A DNA stretch of 62,204 bases, filler included, from Pirum gemmata (lineage: Eukaryota): assembly GCA_002812295.1 (NCBI GenBank). It is 21 parts of 21 records of this genome, joined end to end, with 100 filler letters (N's around TTAATTAATTAA, not from the genome) between each part and the next. Parts side by side here need not be neighbours in the genome. Positions count along the whole stretch, not along the records: positions 59,443 to 62,204 come from PDIN01004790.1; 20 more parts are not named here. The stretch is one strand, 5' to 3'. Of the stretch, positions 61,030 through 62,204 are shown in pieces. The notes beneath the pieces are model-generated. The model searched no databases. It was not told the origin of the DNA and was given only the letters and a program-made list of their open reading frames with translations. The position numbers and the translations under genes were made by a program. Position 1 is the stretch's first letter; each line of letters opens with the position of its first letter.

Positions 61030-61876
61030 TAGCTTTTTAGAATAAAAGATTTTGAACACTTTGAACACACACACTATTTAGATAATGAGTCTAATTACAC
61101 ATGCAATGAAACTAATTACACATATTTGTTTTGTTTTTTTCGAAAAATCTATGATACTAGCACAAGAAAATGTTTTGAATCACAAATAAAATTGACTAAA
61201 AATATATTCGGTCCATATATTTAGTAAAAAATTTAAAAAAATAAAACACTGCCTTATATCTTATAATATATTAATACTGATACGTTTTATGATAACATTA
61301 TCATAACATAATAATATTATAATAGATAATCATAATAATTGTACTATCAAATATTGTACTATTGTTGTTCCTGGTTATTTTCATTTACAATTTGTTATCA
61401 TAATTGGTGTGCTAGTTAATTAATAACTGGAATTTGTTAGCTTTAAATTATAATTCAAAATAATAATAAATAAAACCCTAACCCTAACCCAACCCTGACC
61501 ATAATCCTGACCATAACCCTAACCCTAACCTTGACCCTAACCTTGACCCTAACCCTAATGATGATGCTAATGATATATAATAATGAAATATAAGACGATA
61601 ATTAATGTTATTACAAAGGCTTTAAAATACTACCAAATTATACATAATTGCGTACAATTTAATGATGATGATATTGAGTAAGTGATTGCATTGTTTTAAG
61701 CAGTCCTTTCAAGAAACCGATGCTATGTTAACGTTGGAATCCATATTGTAAATAAATAAATAACAAATAAATAAAAGAATGAATTAAAGAATAATTAATA
61801 AACAAAAGCAAACGAACAATCAAAAAACAAATATTATTAATTAATGAATAAATAAATATTAATAGATTAAAGGAAA

Positions 61877-61911
<35 letters not shown>

Positions 61912-62034
61912 ATTTAATTAAAATAATGAATAAATAAATAAATAAATAAATAAATAAATAGATAAATGAATAAATAAATAGATAAATATATAGATAAATA
62001 AATAAATAAATAAATAAATAAAATTTAATATTAA

Positions 62035-62069
<35 letters not shown>

Positions 62070-62076
62070 ATATTAA

Positions 62077-62115
<39 letters not shown>

Positions 62116-62128
62116 AATTTAATATTAA

Positions 62129-62163
<35 letters not shown>

Positions 62164-62204
62164 ATATTAATAAATAAATAAATAAGTAAATAAATAAATC
62201 TCGC

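Overview
This is very AT-rich, intron-containing eukaryotic genomic DNA, not a prokaryotic window. It is also not one locus: about 21 short contigs or scaffolds (mostly ~2.7-2.8 kb) are joined by artificial 100-bp linkers (N44-TTAATTAATTAA-N44), so adjacency across linkers has no biological meaning. The gene content suggests a unicellular opisthokont, possibly an ichthyosporean or other holozoan (inference only). Recognisable genes or fragments are: a TSP1-domain membrane protein, 5 exons of NUDCD1, a small secreted Cys-rich protein, a GT-B glycosyltransferase last exon, a CBP/p300-like Bromo-RING-PHD exon carrying RNA Pol II CTD-like heptads, a patatin/PNPLA last exon, an LRR receptor-like protein, an intron-containing M6 (immune inhibitor A-like) metalloprotease with Cys-rich C-terminal modules, a 16x calcium-binding EGF protein, an OMA1-like M48 last exon, NVL/Rix7 AAA exons, a secreted 6x saposin-A + Kazal protein, a membrane-anchored double GH114 and the RPE last exon. 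Non-coding DNA is filled with at least six short MITE-like or dispersed repeat families (TTA, TA and 7-bp target-site duplications are visible), interstitial TTAGGG tracts, hexamer microsatellites that drift into one another, and repeated decaying local copies ('echoes') of exon ends. No multi-gene system, CRISPR array, rRNA or tRNA is supported. The best novelty candidates are single-protein architectures and the exon-echo duplication pattern. All homology calls are from motif recognition, not database searches.
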